Below, one piece after another: positions 1 to 7,635 of a stretch of 55,281 bases of DNA. The notes below the pieces were generated by a model that had not been told where the DNA came from, did no database searches, and saw nothing but the letters and a program-made list of their open reading frames with translations. Positions within the stretch are counted from its first letter, which is position 1. Every line of letters starts with the position of its first letter. The translations under genes were made by a program, and so were the position numbers. Source of the stretch: a virus (lineage: Duplodnaviria; Caudoviricetes); the IMG/VR virus record IMGVR_UViG_3300029309_000053, positions 1-55,281 of that record; one strand, written 5' to 3'.

Positions 1-59
1 GGGTTTCACACCCGCTACGGCAGGGCAATCACAGAACACTTCTCATTCATCTACCAAGC

Positions 60-251
60 ATGAGATTCCCACGATTCAAACAAAACCTATGGACAACCAA
101 CGGCTACGTTGTCAGCTACGGGACACCTGTCGCTCGCATTCAAGGCGACACCCTGCAACAACTTGGCTACTGGTCAGTAACAACACAGAGACACATTAAC
201 TACGCGGCTGAACACCTCGGCCTCAAACTTCGTAAACCAATTAACAAATGA
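60..251 (+). CDS. small early hypothetical protein
   Basis: 63 aa; ATG start; ATGA overlap with the next gene; VVSYGTPVA...WSVTTQRHINY resembles small phage early proteins. Confidence 0.75.
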   Translation: MRFPRFKQNLWTTNGYVVSYGTPVARIQGDTLQQLGYWSVTTQRHINYAAEHLGLKLRKPINK

Positions 252-772
252 ACTCAGTACAAGAATCTAAGAACGAGCTTGACGCGGCTATCCGCTATGC
301 AGAGAACGCTATCTCATCTGCCAAGCAAACCATCGAGTCGATGGAGTTCCGTCAAGAGATGGCTAAGAAACAATACTCCGAGCAGACAGGGCGTGAAGAG
401 GCACTGCAACGTGAGGTTGCAGAACTCAAGGCCAAGCTCGTGGAAGACGCCCCTACTATGCCCGTCATTCCCAAGGCCGTGGCTATCGCTATCTTCCGTG
501 AGGGTATGCAACACGGGGTAGAGTCCGCATGCACAGAGCTTGAAGGACAGTACATCCGCATCGAAGAGAGCGAATACGTCGGTGACTTTCACGTCACATT
601 TGAGCGTCGAATTGACCTCGACGACGAGCTTGACCTTGACTGGATGCGTGGCAAGGTGGGCGACTACTCCGAGGAGTTTATCACTGGCGCACTCGAAAAC
701 CTGTGTGCAGACGAGAAATTCGAGTGCCGTATCCACGGGGTAGACGACCAAGAAGAAAAGAAGAATGACTAA
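248..772 (+). CDS. hypothetical protein with N-terminal coiled coil
   Basis: 174 aa; heptad-rich N-terminus; start and stop overlap both neighbours. Confidence 0.8.
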   Translation: MNSVQESKNELDAAIRYAENAISSAKQTIESMEFRQEMAKKQYSEQTGREEALQREVAELKAKLVEDAPTMPVIPKAVAIAIFREGMQHGVESACTELEGQYIRIEESEYVGDFHVTFERRIDLDDELDLDWMRGKVGDYSEEFITGALENLCADEKFECRIHGVDDQEEKKND

Positions 773-1143
773 TGAAAAGATATAGAGTACGATTTCACCT
801 AGCCCGTGGTGACAACTACATGAAGTGGCAAGTGTTTGACAAGCAAAAAAATACAAAGGAGTACTATGATCCTGACACGCGAAGTATCATCATGCGTAAC
901 TGCCTCCTTGGTAATCATCCCGTTACTGCAAAGAAAATTTTCAACGGAGACAATAAAACAGTTTGCGCTTGGGTTGCATGTGAAGAGGTTGCTATTGTAG
1001 ATTTAGTACCCTCTTTAAATCGTATGGACCACTACAAGTATAATCCACGGAAGAACCCACACTGGTTCACAGATAAAACAAACAACGCTGATGGCAGAAA
1101 ATTCAAAATAATGGTAACCAACAAACGGAAAGTATATGGATAA
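772..1143 (+). CDS. hypothetical phage protein
   Basis: 123 aa, basic; TAATG coupling with the upstream gene. Confidence 0.8.
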   Translation: MKRYRVRFHLARGDNYMKWQVFDKQKNTKEYYDPDTRSIIMRNCLLGNHPVTAKKIFNGDNKTVCAWVACEEVAIVDLVPSLNRMDHYKYNPRKNPHWFTDKTNNADGRKFKIMVTNKRKVYG

Positions 1144-1285
1144 ATATATTAGGTTTCTTCGCAACCTAGAGAAAGGCGAAGGCGGTAGCGCCCGTAAGAG
1201 ACGCAGACTAATGGAACGTGAACTAAAAAAACTAAGAAAAAATGACGGAACAGGAGGTGATGAAGTGGATGAGGGAGTATCTTGA
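1136..1285 (+). CDS. possible small basic protein (49 aa, not in the ORF track)
   Basis: Translated by hand: MDKYIRFLRNLEKGEGGSARKRRRLMERELKKLRKND...; fills the gap between 1143 and 1242. Confidence 0.4.
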   Translation: MDKYIRFLRNLEKGEGGSARKRRRLMERELKKLRKNDGTGGDEVDEGVS

Positions 1286-1622
1286 CGGCACTAAAGCAGA
1301 GAAGTCTGCGTTCGGAATGATAAAAGCAGACATTACCGACTATGGGTTTCAAGGATTTCTTGACATGCCTCCAGAAGCTGTGATTGAGTCATACATGGAG
1401 GTCACCGAAGAAATATCTCAGGAGCTAGTTGAAAGTTTCAAGACTATATTCCAACAAGAGCAAGACATAGAGAGTTTGGGCATCGAACAATCCATGCGTC
1501 TCGATCCTGCAGAAAGCGTGATTGCCATGCGTAACGGGATGACAGACATAATGAGGTCTCTATACTCTTACATCGAAGTGCAACGAATGGCAAATACATT
1601 AATTCAAGAAAATGAACACTAA
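1242..1622 (+). CDS. hypothetical acidic protein
   Basis: 126 aa; A-rich leader; overlaps the next gene. Confidence 0.75.
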   Translation: MTEQEVMKWMREYLDGTKAEKSAFGMIKADITDYGFQGFLDMPPEAVIESYMEVTEEISQELVESFKTIFQQEQDIESLGIEQSMRLDPAESVIAMRNGMTDIMRSLYSYIEVQRMANTLIQENEH

Positions 1623-2082
1623 CATTCAACAGATACTTGACAACATACGTATATCATACGAATACGAAATGGGTGAGTATATTGAGCCGAAGGACAGGCG
1701 AAGACATAAGGTTGAGTTACGCAACGCCTTAGTGAATGCAGCTAGACCCTACGGAACGTGTGCAGAGCTAGCCAAGATGATTGGCAAAACCAACCATACA
1801 ACCACAATACACTGCATAAAAGAACATGACGTGTATTACGGCTTTTCACCCCAGTACAGACGCAACTACGCAAAGGCTTTAGAGGTGGTGGAAAAGTTTG
1901 CAAGACGACACCAACTTCTCCCTCGTACCAACGGACAGAGAGGTGGTGTGATATCATATCAATCAGAGATTGATAGCATCAACCTTGCTATATCATCTCT
2001 AAAAAAAAGGAGAGATGCTATGGTAGAAAAGTTGGAAAGCCGCAGAAAATCCAGTACATTTGACAACCAATCAACAATTTAA
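1612..2082 (+). CDS. DnaA C-terminal (domain IV)-like helix-turn-helix protein
   Basis: ELAKMIGKTNHTTTIHCIK resembles the DnaA domain IV signature (IG..FG.RDHTTV.HA). Confidence 0.6.
   Translation: MNTNIQQILDNIRISYEYEMGEYIEPKDRRRHKVELRNALVNAARPYGTCAELAKMIGKTNHTTTIHCIKEHDVYYGFSPQYRRNYAKALEVVEKFARRHQLLPRTNGQRGGVISYQSEIDSINLAISSLKKRRDAMVEKLESRRKSSTFDNQSTI
2055..2062 (+). promoter_or_regulatory. Bacteroidota -7 promoter element TACATTTG
   Basis: Matches TAnnTTTG; 23 nt upstream of the ATG at 2086. Confidence 0.55.
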
Positions 2083-2085
2083 TTC

Positions 2086-2640
2086 ATGTCTAATTACAAG
2101 TTTAAGACCACCAACATACGTGGCAAAAAATACGTTGAAGTCAACGAGAGAATCAAGTTCTTTCGTCAAGAAGATAGATATAAGGACTGGACGATTGCGA
2201 CCGAGTTCTCTATACTTGACGCAGAAGTTGCCGTATGCAAGGCAACTATCGCCGATACAGCTGGGAGAGTCATTGCCAATGGCCACGCTCACGAAGAGCG
2301 ATCAGGTAGCAACATCAACAAGACTAGCTTCGTTGAGAACTGCGAAACCTCCGCTATTGGGCGAGCCCTTGCCATGCTCGGAATCGGAATCGACACTTCT
2401 ATTGCGTCAGCTAATGAAGTCACGGAAGCCATCGCCAAGCAAGAGGAGATGGTCAACAATCCTCATGTACAGAAGCTTTCGAAAGTGCTCGACGCGCCAG
2501 TAGAAAACATTATGGACAAGGCTGTTTCATATATAAAGGGGCAGACCGATAAGCGAAAGGCGTTTGACTCAATCACCAAGAAGTATGGTGGTCAACTTAC
2601 TGAGAAGCAGGTAGCTGGCCTGAAGAAGTTTGTGCGATGA
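2086..2640 (+). CDS. single-strand annealing recombinase (Rad52/Sak-like)
   Basis: YVEVNERI...GHAHE...TSFVENCETSAIGRALAMLGIG motif; adjacent to an exonuclease and SSB. Confidence 0.7.
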   Translation: MSNYKFKTTNIRGKKYVEVNERIKFFRQEDRYKDWTIATEFSILDAEVAVCKATIADTAGRVIANGHAHEERSGSNINKTSFVENCETSAIGRALAMLGIGIDTSIASANEVTEAIAKQEEMVNNPHVQKLSKVLDAPVENIMDKAVSYIKGQTDKRKAFDSITKKYGGQLTEKQVAGLKKFVR

Positions 2641-3407
2641 CCATGCGAGACAGGCTGACAGAGATCGTGGGAAAGCCTCACCTGTCTTACTCCTCTATAA
2701 AGTACGCACTCGGAGACATGAAACTCTGGGAGATGTACATGAGGGGACAACTAAAGAAAGAGTCAGAGGCTCTGTATTTCGGCAGCCTGTACGACATGCT
2801 GCTCTTCGAGCCAGAGAAAGCGCAAGAGACTTACTACACACTCGATGACGCAGACATCATCAAAGAGATTGGTGGCAAGTCTCCACGCAACACCAAGAAG
2901 TATCGTGAGTGGAAGGAAGAGACTCTTGACTCCATGGATACTACAGACAAAATGTTAGTAAGCAACGAAGAGTGGCGACGAGCTAACGACATGATCAAGC
3001 GTCTAAAAGAATGCGGTCTTTACGACAAGCGATTTGCGGGCGGCAAGTATCAAGTAGAGTTTAATGTGGACGTCGACGGAATCCCATTAAAAGGATTCCT
3101 CGACTGCCTGAAGGATGACTGCATTATTGACTCCAAGTCCTCTCGTTCTATTAACAAGTTCAGGTACGACGTCAACAGCTTTAGCTATGACATCCAGGCC
3201 TACATCTACACCAAGGTGTTTGACATCAAGGATTTCTACTGGGTTGTGCAAGAGAAGGCATACCCGTTCTTTCCTGCAGATGTAAAGTGCTCAGACGAAA
3301 CCTTGTTCAAGGGTGAGATGAAGTTTCATGAAGCCATAGAGAACATCAAGAGTTGGCTCGATGGCAACAAGCAAACCATTACACACTATGCGGAGTTTAT
3401 TGTATAA
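2637..3407 (+). CDS. PD-(D/E)XK exonuclease, RecE/ExoVIII (DUF3799)-like
   Basis: HLSYSSIK, FGSLYD, KGFLDCL...IIDSKS and YDIQAYIY motifs. Confidence 0.8.
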   Translation: MTMRDRLTEIVGKPHLSYSSIKYALGDMKLWEMYMRGQLKKESEALYFGSLYDMLLFEPEKAQETYYTLDDADIIKEIGGKSPRNTKKYREWKEETLDSMDTTDKMLVSNEEWRRANDMIKRLKECGLYDKRFAGGKYQVEFNVDVDGIPLKGFLDCLKDDCIIDSKSSRSINKFRYDVNSFSYDIQAYIYTKVFDIKDFYWVVQEKAYPFFPADVKCSDETLFKGEMKFHEAIENIKSWLDGNKQTITHYAEFIV

Positions 3408-3483
3408 CACTTTTAAAATCGTATGGTACACAACGCTTGCGTTCTGTGTACACTACACTATTACACACATTTTTCCTGTTTAA
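3388..3483 (+). CDS. possible 31-aa hydrophobic peptide (not in the ORF track)
   Basis: Translated by hand: MRSLLYNTFKIVWYTTLAFCVHYTITHIFPV; fills the exonuclease-SSB gap. Confidence 0.35.
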   Translation: MRSLLYNTFKIVWYTTLAFCVHYTITHIFPV

Positions 3484-3501
3484 TCTTTTAATTTATATAT
3501 C

Positions 3502-3819
3502 ATGAGCGATAAGCAATATGATTCGGTACTCGTAGGGTACTGCGAAGAGCCTCGTTATTACGAGGAAAACCTGTCAAGCTGGTCAGTCAAACTCAAAGCC
3601 TCTGAGCTTCAAGAGATGATTGACAAGTACACAACTAGAGTTAACGAAGAAGGTCAGGGCGGAAACGTCTACCTAAAGTTATTCTTTAGCAAGAACGGTA
3701 AGCCGTGTTGCTCTGTCTTTGACCCAAACAGCGCCGCTGCTCAAGCTAGGCGTGAGGCTAAAGCAAAAGCAGAGAAAGCTCCTGCTCCAGTAGCAGAGAC
3801 AGATGACCTCCCGTTCTAA
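3502..3819 (+). CDS. single-stranded DNA-binding protein
   Basis: Acidic C-terminal DDLPF tail after an Ala/Pro linker; lies in the recombination module. Confidence 0.7.
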   Translation: MSDKQYDSVLVGYCEEPRYYEENLSSWSVKLKASELQEMIDKYTTRVNEEGQGGNVYLKLFFSKNGKPCCSVFDPNSAAAQARREAKAKAEKAPAPVAETDDLPF

Positions 3820-4090
3820 TAGAGCGCCTATCTATCACATGACCGCTCGTGTCGCCTTCAAGAAACGGAAGGCAGTACACGAGCGTGTTGTGTGGATAGT
3901 GTCCGTCTTTGATACTCCTAATGACATAAGCACATACGATCAGAAAACTATGACGCGCCTATATCACGAGATATACGGCAAGAATGCAAAGGCTGACAAG
4001 CAGATAATCATTAGGGAGATCGTAGACAAGAAGATGATATCCCATTCAACCCTTTCACTCGATGAACACAAGAAGCAAAATAAAAAGTAA
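3803..4090 (+). CDS. hypothetical protein
   Basis: 95 aa; overlaps both neighbours. Confidence 0.7.
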   Translation: MTSRSNRAPIYHMTARVAFKKRKAVHERVVWIVSVFDTPNDISTYDQKTMTRLYHEIYGKNAKADKQIIIREIVDKKMISHSTLSLDEHKKQNKK

Positions 4091-4427
4091 GTGCAAGAGT
4101 CTGGAGAACCTGCTTCTACAGAAGAATGCAAAATACGGAGACTCAGCCCTAAAGCCTTTGAATATTTTTTCTGAAGCCAATGCTGTGCACGGAATAAAGG
4201 TTCGTATTGACGACAAGCTTAAGCGAATAAAGAACTCAGGTCTCGTAGACGCAACGGAGGATACGTTGCAAGACCTAGCTGGTTACCTTATCCTCCTAAT
4301 GATTGCGAAGGAAAATGAAAGTAACAATATTCAAGAACGTATACGACAAGAAGAATCCACATCACATTCCGCTACCACAAGCGTTGGAGCGGATCCAGAT
4401 TGGGAGGTCGAGTACTTTAGTGACTGA
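4062..4427 (+). CDS. DUF1599 / nucleotide-modification-associated domain 1 (Nmad1)-like protein
   Basis: KNAKYGDS...RIDDKLKRI...EDTLQDLAGYLIL pattern; the last ~35 codons overlap the primase gene. Confidence 0.7.
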   Translation: MNTRSKIKSKCKSLENLLLQKNAKYGDSALKPLNIFSEANAVHGIKVRIDDKLKRIKNSGLVDATEDTLQDLAGYLILLMIAKENESNNIQERIRQEESTSHSATTSVGADPDWEVEYFSD

Positions 4428-6120
4428 GGTACGTGATGGCAACAAGGAGAAAAAGAAAGAATTGCCTGTCGTATGCTTTAGCGGAGAGTTTGCGTCGCGT
4501 TCCGATGACGCGCTCTTCGAGCACTCGGGATTTATTGTTTTGGACTTTGACCACGTTGACGTTAACCAGACCAAGCGGGCTCTTGCCACGGATGATTTCA
4601 TTCATTCATGCTGGACTTCGCCTAGTGGAAATGGAGTCAAAGCGCTGGTCCACATCACACATCCAGAAAGACACCGAGATCACTTCCGTGCTCTAATCAA
4701 GTACTTCGACAGAACACATGGGCTTGAATTAGATGAGTCGGGGATCAATGAATCTCGAGCTTGCTTCGAGTCTCATGACCCTGACATCATTATCAAGGAT
4801 GAGTACAGCAAGTTTGGTCACTTCACAACCGAGCACGCAGAGGCACAGGTGCCGACCAACGAGGCCTACGACTACACAGACTACATGAAGCTTAACCTCG
4901 CTGCGCGTATGATTCGTAACGCAGCGGATGGCGATAAGCACCGAGTGCTTGTAAATGCGTCTCGTCTATGTGGTGGCTACATTGCGGCAAGCAAGATGGA
5001 GCACGATGAGGTCGTGCGCATCTTGCATCGTGAGATTTGTAAGCGGGATATTGAATCACAGGATCACGCTCTCAACACCATACTTGATGGGATTGAGATT
5101 GGTAAGCGCATGCCTATACGAGACATCATTGAAGAGGAGAAAGCGGTTCAACGTGAGATGTTGTTGAATGATGGAGACATGTCGTTCATCTCTTCGGATG
5201 ACGAAGACTTCAGGTGGATTGACGACTACTCTCAGGGTAGGGTAGAAGTCGGACTAGACACTGGCGATGAAAGGCTTGATGAGCACTTTCGATACAAGAA
5301 GGAGTTCGTTATTGTCAACGGACACTCTAACGTGGGCAAGACAACCACCATGCTGTACCTGATTGCCAATTCAGTCGTGCGTCACGATTGGAAGTGGGTG
5401 CTATACTCCTCGGAGAATAGAACCGCATCCATCAAGATGACATTAATGCAGTTTGCTATGGACAAGAAGGTTGCAGACATGACATATCTAGAACGAAAGC
5501 AGGCGTACAAATGGGTAAGCGATCACTTCGTTGTCATCAGCAACAATCAAGTGTACGGTTATAACGATATCATCTTGTTCGTTGAAAAAGTTATGCGTCA
5601 GCAGCCCGTTGATGCAATCTTCGTAGACCCATACAACAGTTTAAAGCTGGACATGGGGCATAGAGGGGTGTCAAGTCACGAGTACCACTACGAGGCAGCT
5701 TCAGAGTTTCTTACGTTCAGCAAGGCCAACGACATTGCGGTATGGTTAAACATGCACGCAGTCACAGAGGCTCAGCGCCGCAAGGGTGACGATGGTCTGC
5801 CCGTAGCTCCGTATGCAGAGGACACAGAAGGTGGTGGCAAATTCGTAAACAGGGCCGATTGTTTCTTAACCATTCATCGAAAGGTTCAATCAATGGATTC
5901 TGACATACGCAGAATGAGCGAGTTGCATGTTCGCAAAGTTCGTGATGTTGAGACGGGAGGTCGTCCTACTGCGCTAGAGGACCCATATTACCTGATGATG
6001 AACCTTTCACACACTGGGTTCACAGACAGAATTGGCAAACGTGTTCTCTATCAACCGATTACATTTCCAAAAGAATCGACCATGACCATTCCTACAGACT
6101 GGTTGACGGTAGCGAGTTGA
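4315..6120 (+). CDS. primase-helicase (BT4734/VirE-N-like AEP domain fused to an SF4 DnaB/Twinkle-like helicase)
   Basis: KKELP...FSGEF...HSGFIVLDFD...SPSGNGVK; Walker A GHSNVGKT; Walker B IFVDPYN; HVRKVRD. ATG at 4315 preferred over the track start at 4303. Confidence 0.85.
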   Translation: MKVTIFKNVYDKKNPHHIPLPQALERIQIGRSSTLVTEVRDGNKEKKKELPVVCFSGEFASRSDDALFEHSGFIVLDFDHVDVNQTKRALATDDFIHSCWTSPSGNGVKALVHITHPERHRDHFRALIKYFDRTHGLELDESGINESRACFESHDPDIIIKDEYSKFGHFTTEHAEAQVPTNEAYDYTDYMKLNLAARMIRNAADGDKHRVLVNASRLCGGYIAASKMEHDEVVRILHREICKRDIESQDHALNTILDGIEIGKRMPIRDIIEEEKAVQREMLLNDGDMSFISSDDEDFRWIDDYSQGRVEVGLDTGDERLDEHFRYKKEFVIVNGHSNVGKTTTMLYLIANSVVRHDWKWVLYSSENRTASIKMTLMQFAMDKKVADMTYLERKQAYKWVSDHFVVISNNQVYGYNDIILFVEKVMRQQPVDAIFVDPYNSLKLDMGHRGVSSHEYHYEAASEFLTFSKANDIAVWLNMHAVTEAQRRKGDDGLPVAPYAEDTEGGGKFVNRADCFLTIHRKVQSMDSDIRRMSELHVRKVRDVETGGRPTALEDPYYLMMNLSHTGFTDRIGKRVLYQPITFPKESTMTIPTDWLTVAS

Positions 6121-6139
6121 CATTTGAAATTTCTCTTGG

Positions 6140-6147
6140 TACCTTCG
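6140..6147 (+). promoter_or_regulatory. -7 promoter variant TACCTTCG, 4 nt before the ATG
   Basis: One mismatch to TAnnTTTG; TTG at 6117-6119 could be the -33 element. Confidence 0.5.
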
Positions 6148-6151
6148 GTAT

Positions 6152-6613
6152 ATGAAGAGACAGAAGAAGACAACGCGGAAGCGATCCAGCGCTCGTAAAA
6201 AGCAGCTGGGTCGCTACGCCAGCTCTCTTGAAAAGTATTGTGCAGATCAGTTAAAAGAATACGGGTTAGCTTTTGACTATGAGGAGCACACCTTTGAACT
6301 GATGGAAAGGTTTAGGTTTCCAAACAAATACTTTAAGATGACAGCAAAGGGCAAGGAGATGACGGACCGATCTGGGTCCGTCGTACTCCCTGTTACATAT
6401 AAGCCTGACTTTGTCGGAAAAGATCACGATTGGATCATTGAAACCAAGGGATATCTACCGTCTCATCACGACTTTCCGATGAGGTGGAAACTTTTTCTTA
6501 GACATTTAGTTGGAAATGAATCAAATACGATTGTATTTTTAGCCAAGAATAGCGGTCAAGTAGATCATGCTATTCAGGAAATCCTAAAATCAATTAAGAG
6601 TGGAGACATCTGA
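6152..6613 (+). CDS. T7 endonuclease I-like Holliday junction resolvase
   Basis: YASSLEK...FDYE...TYKPDF...IIETKG motif. Confidence 0.8.
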   Translation: MKRQKKTTRKRSSARKKQLGRYASSLEKYCADQLKEYGLAFDYEEHTFELMERFRFPNKYFKMTAKGKEMTDRSGSVVLPVTYKPDFVGKDHDWIIETKGYLPSHHDFPMRWKLFLRHLVGNESNTIVFLAKNSGQVDHAIQEILKSIKSGDI

Positions 6614-6818
6614 GCTTAGCTACAGGCTGCATGAATGCTGCGACCGCATACATCAAGCCACAACAGATATGTACGAGGCCATGCACCCTGAAGGCGACCC
6701 TCACGGTGACTTCCTTATTGTTGAACAAAACGTTAGAGACTTTAGAGAGTGGGTCAACAATGAGATAGACCTGATTAGAGAACTAATAGGAGAGTACAGT
6801 GGCCAATATAAGCTCTAA
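6600..6818 (+). CDS. hypothetical helical protein
   Basis: 72 aa; GTG start; overlaps neighbours. Confidence 0.6.
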   Translation: METSELSYRLHECCDRIHQATTDMYEAMHPEGDPHGDFLIVEQNVRDFREWVNNEIDLIRELIGEYSGQYKL

Positions 6819-7362
6819 AAGAAGGGCTTATTCGAACAGCACTGGCAGGATCGCTGAGGTCAGGTTTGTCAGGGCTGCTAAAAACAAGGGCTTGATTGTT
6901 GCTAAGGCTACAGCTAAGCAGGATATTCACGAGCACATTGACTATTGGCTGGCCATGAACGAAGAGGGAAAGCAATGGGGCGTAGACGTCAAGGGTAACA
7001 ACTTACCCGATGAGATCTGGGTAGAATTTAATAATGTGAGAGGCGATAAAGGATGGCTGTATGGAGGGGCGACAATCATCGCTTTTGACATGCCAGAGGA
7101 GGGTGGTTTTTCTATAGTTGATCGAGAAGAACTTGCTTTCTTTTGCGAAAGACATGTAAAGAACGAAAAGGTAACTAACAAGAAGGATGCTTACCTAAAA
7201 AGATACACAAGAAAGGATAGGCAAGATGTGATTTCAATACTAAAGCTACACGATATCAAGTCTTTAATGTCATACAGGGTTTGGGAATACGATCAAAGTC
7301 ATTTATTATCTTTGACTCCCCATGAAAGTAAACAGACACAAAAAAATAAAGATGAATATTGA
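6799..7362 (+). CDS. PD-(D/E)XK-fold hypothetical nuclease
   Basis: GRIAE..F...HIDYW...VDVKG...WVEF...GWLYG pattern. Confidence 0.6.
   Translation: MANISSKRRAYSNSTGRIAEVRFVRAAKNKGLIVAKATAKQDIHEHIDYWLAMNEEGKQWGVDVKGNNLPDEIWVEFNNVRGDKGWLYGGATIIAFDMPEEGGFSIVDREELAFFCERHVKNEKVTNKKDAYLKRYTRKDRQDVISILKLHDIKSLMSYRVWEYDQSHLLSLTPHESKQTQKNKDEY
7307..7314 (+). promoter_or_regulatory. -7 promoter element TATCTTTG
   Basis: Consensus match, 7 nt before the ATG at 7322. Confidence 0.5.
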
Positions 7363-7528
7363 CAGGTTGCTAGAAGCGAATGCAAAGTATCAAGCGAATC
7401 ACGTATGCGTAAGTAACACGCCTGAACAGCAGAAAGAAATTAATGATTACTGCAATGAAAAATTTATAAAACCAATTAAGGATATAGATCCACATTGGTT
7501 TGGGATAATCAAGAAGCAAAGCGAATAA
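7322..7528 (+). CDS. hypothetical protein (start 7322 or 7352)
   Basis: 68-aa ORF; last gene of the replication block. Confidence 0.65.
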   Translation: MKVNRHKKIKMNIDRLLEANAKYQANHVCVSNTPEQQKEINDYCNEKFIKPIKDIDPHWFGIIKKQSE

Positions 7529-7532
7529 GTAT

Positions 7533-7540
7533 TATATTTG
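7533..7540 (+). promoter_or_regulatory. -7 promoter element TATATTTG
   Basis: Same 8-mer as the late-gene promoters; lies immediately after the stop at 7528. Confidence 0.6.
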
Positions 7541-7544
7541 CACT

Positions 7545-7614
7545 GTTACACGGGTTATTTAGCTGTGGAACTTCGCAATCTGTAGAGGGGGGCTGCACAA
7601 GCTCCCCTCTTTTT
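7545..7614 (+). ncRNA. candidate ~70-nt small RNA
   Basis: Bounded by a consensus promoter (7533-7540) and an intrinsic terminator (7584-7614); no ATG inside. Confidence 0.4.
7584..7614 (+). terminator. Rho-independent terminator
   Basis: AGAGGGGGGC-TGCACAA-GCTCCCCTCT followed by a T run. Confidence 0.8.
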
Positions 7615-7620
7615 GTTTCT

Positions 7621-7628
7621 TACCTTTG
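7621..7628 (+). promoter_or_regulatory. -7 promoter element TACCTTTG for the secreted-protein cassette
   Basis: Directly after the terminator and 7 nt before the ATG at 7636. Confidence 0.65.
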
Positions 7629-7635
7629 TTGTCGA

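Noticed and set aside
1-60. Terminal direct repeat or circular overlap with the right end
   Set aside because: No match seen between the two window ends, so completeness cannot be claimed.
7495-7635. 47-aa N-terminal extension of the protease in the ORF track
   Set aside because: It runs through a promoter, a terminator and a second promoter; ATG 7636 gives a clean signal peptide.
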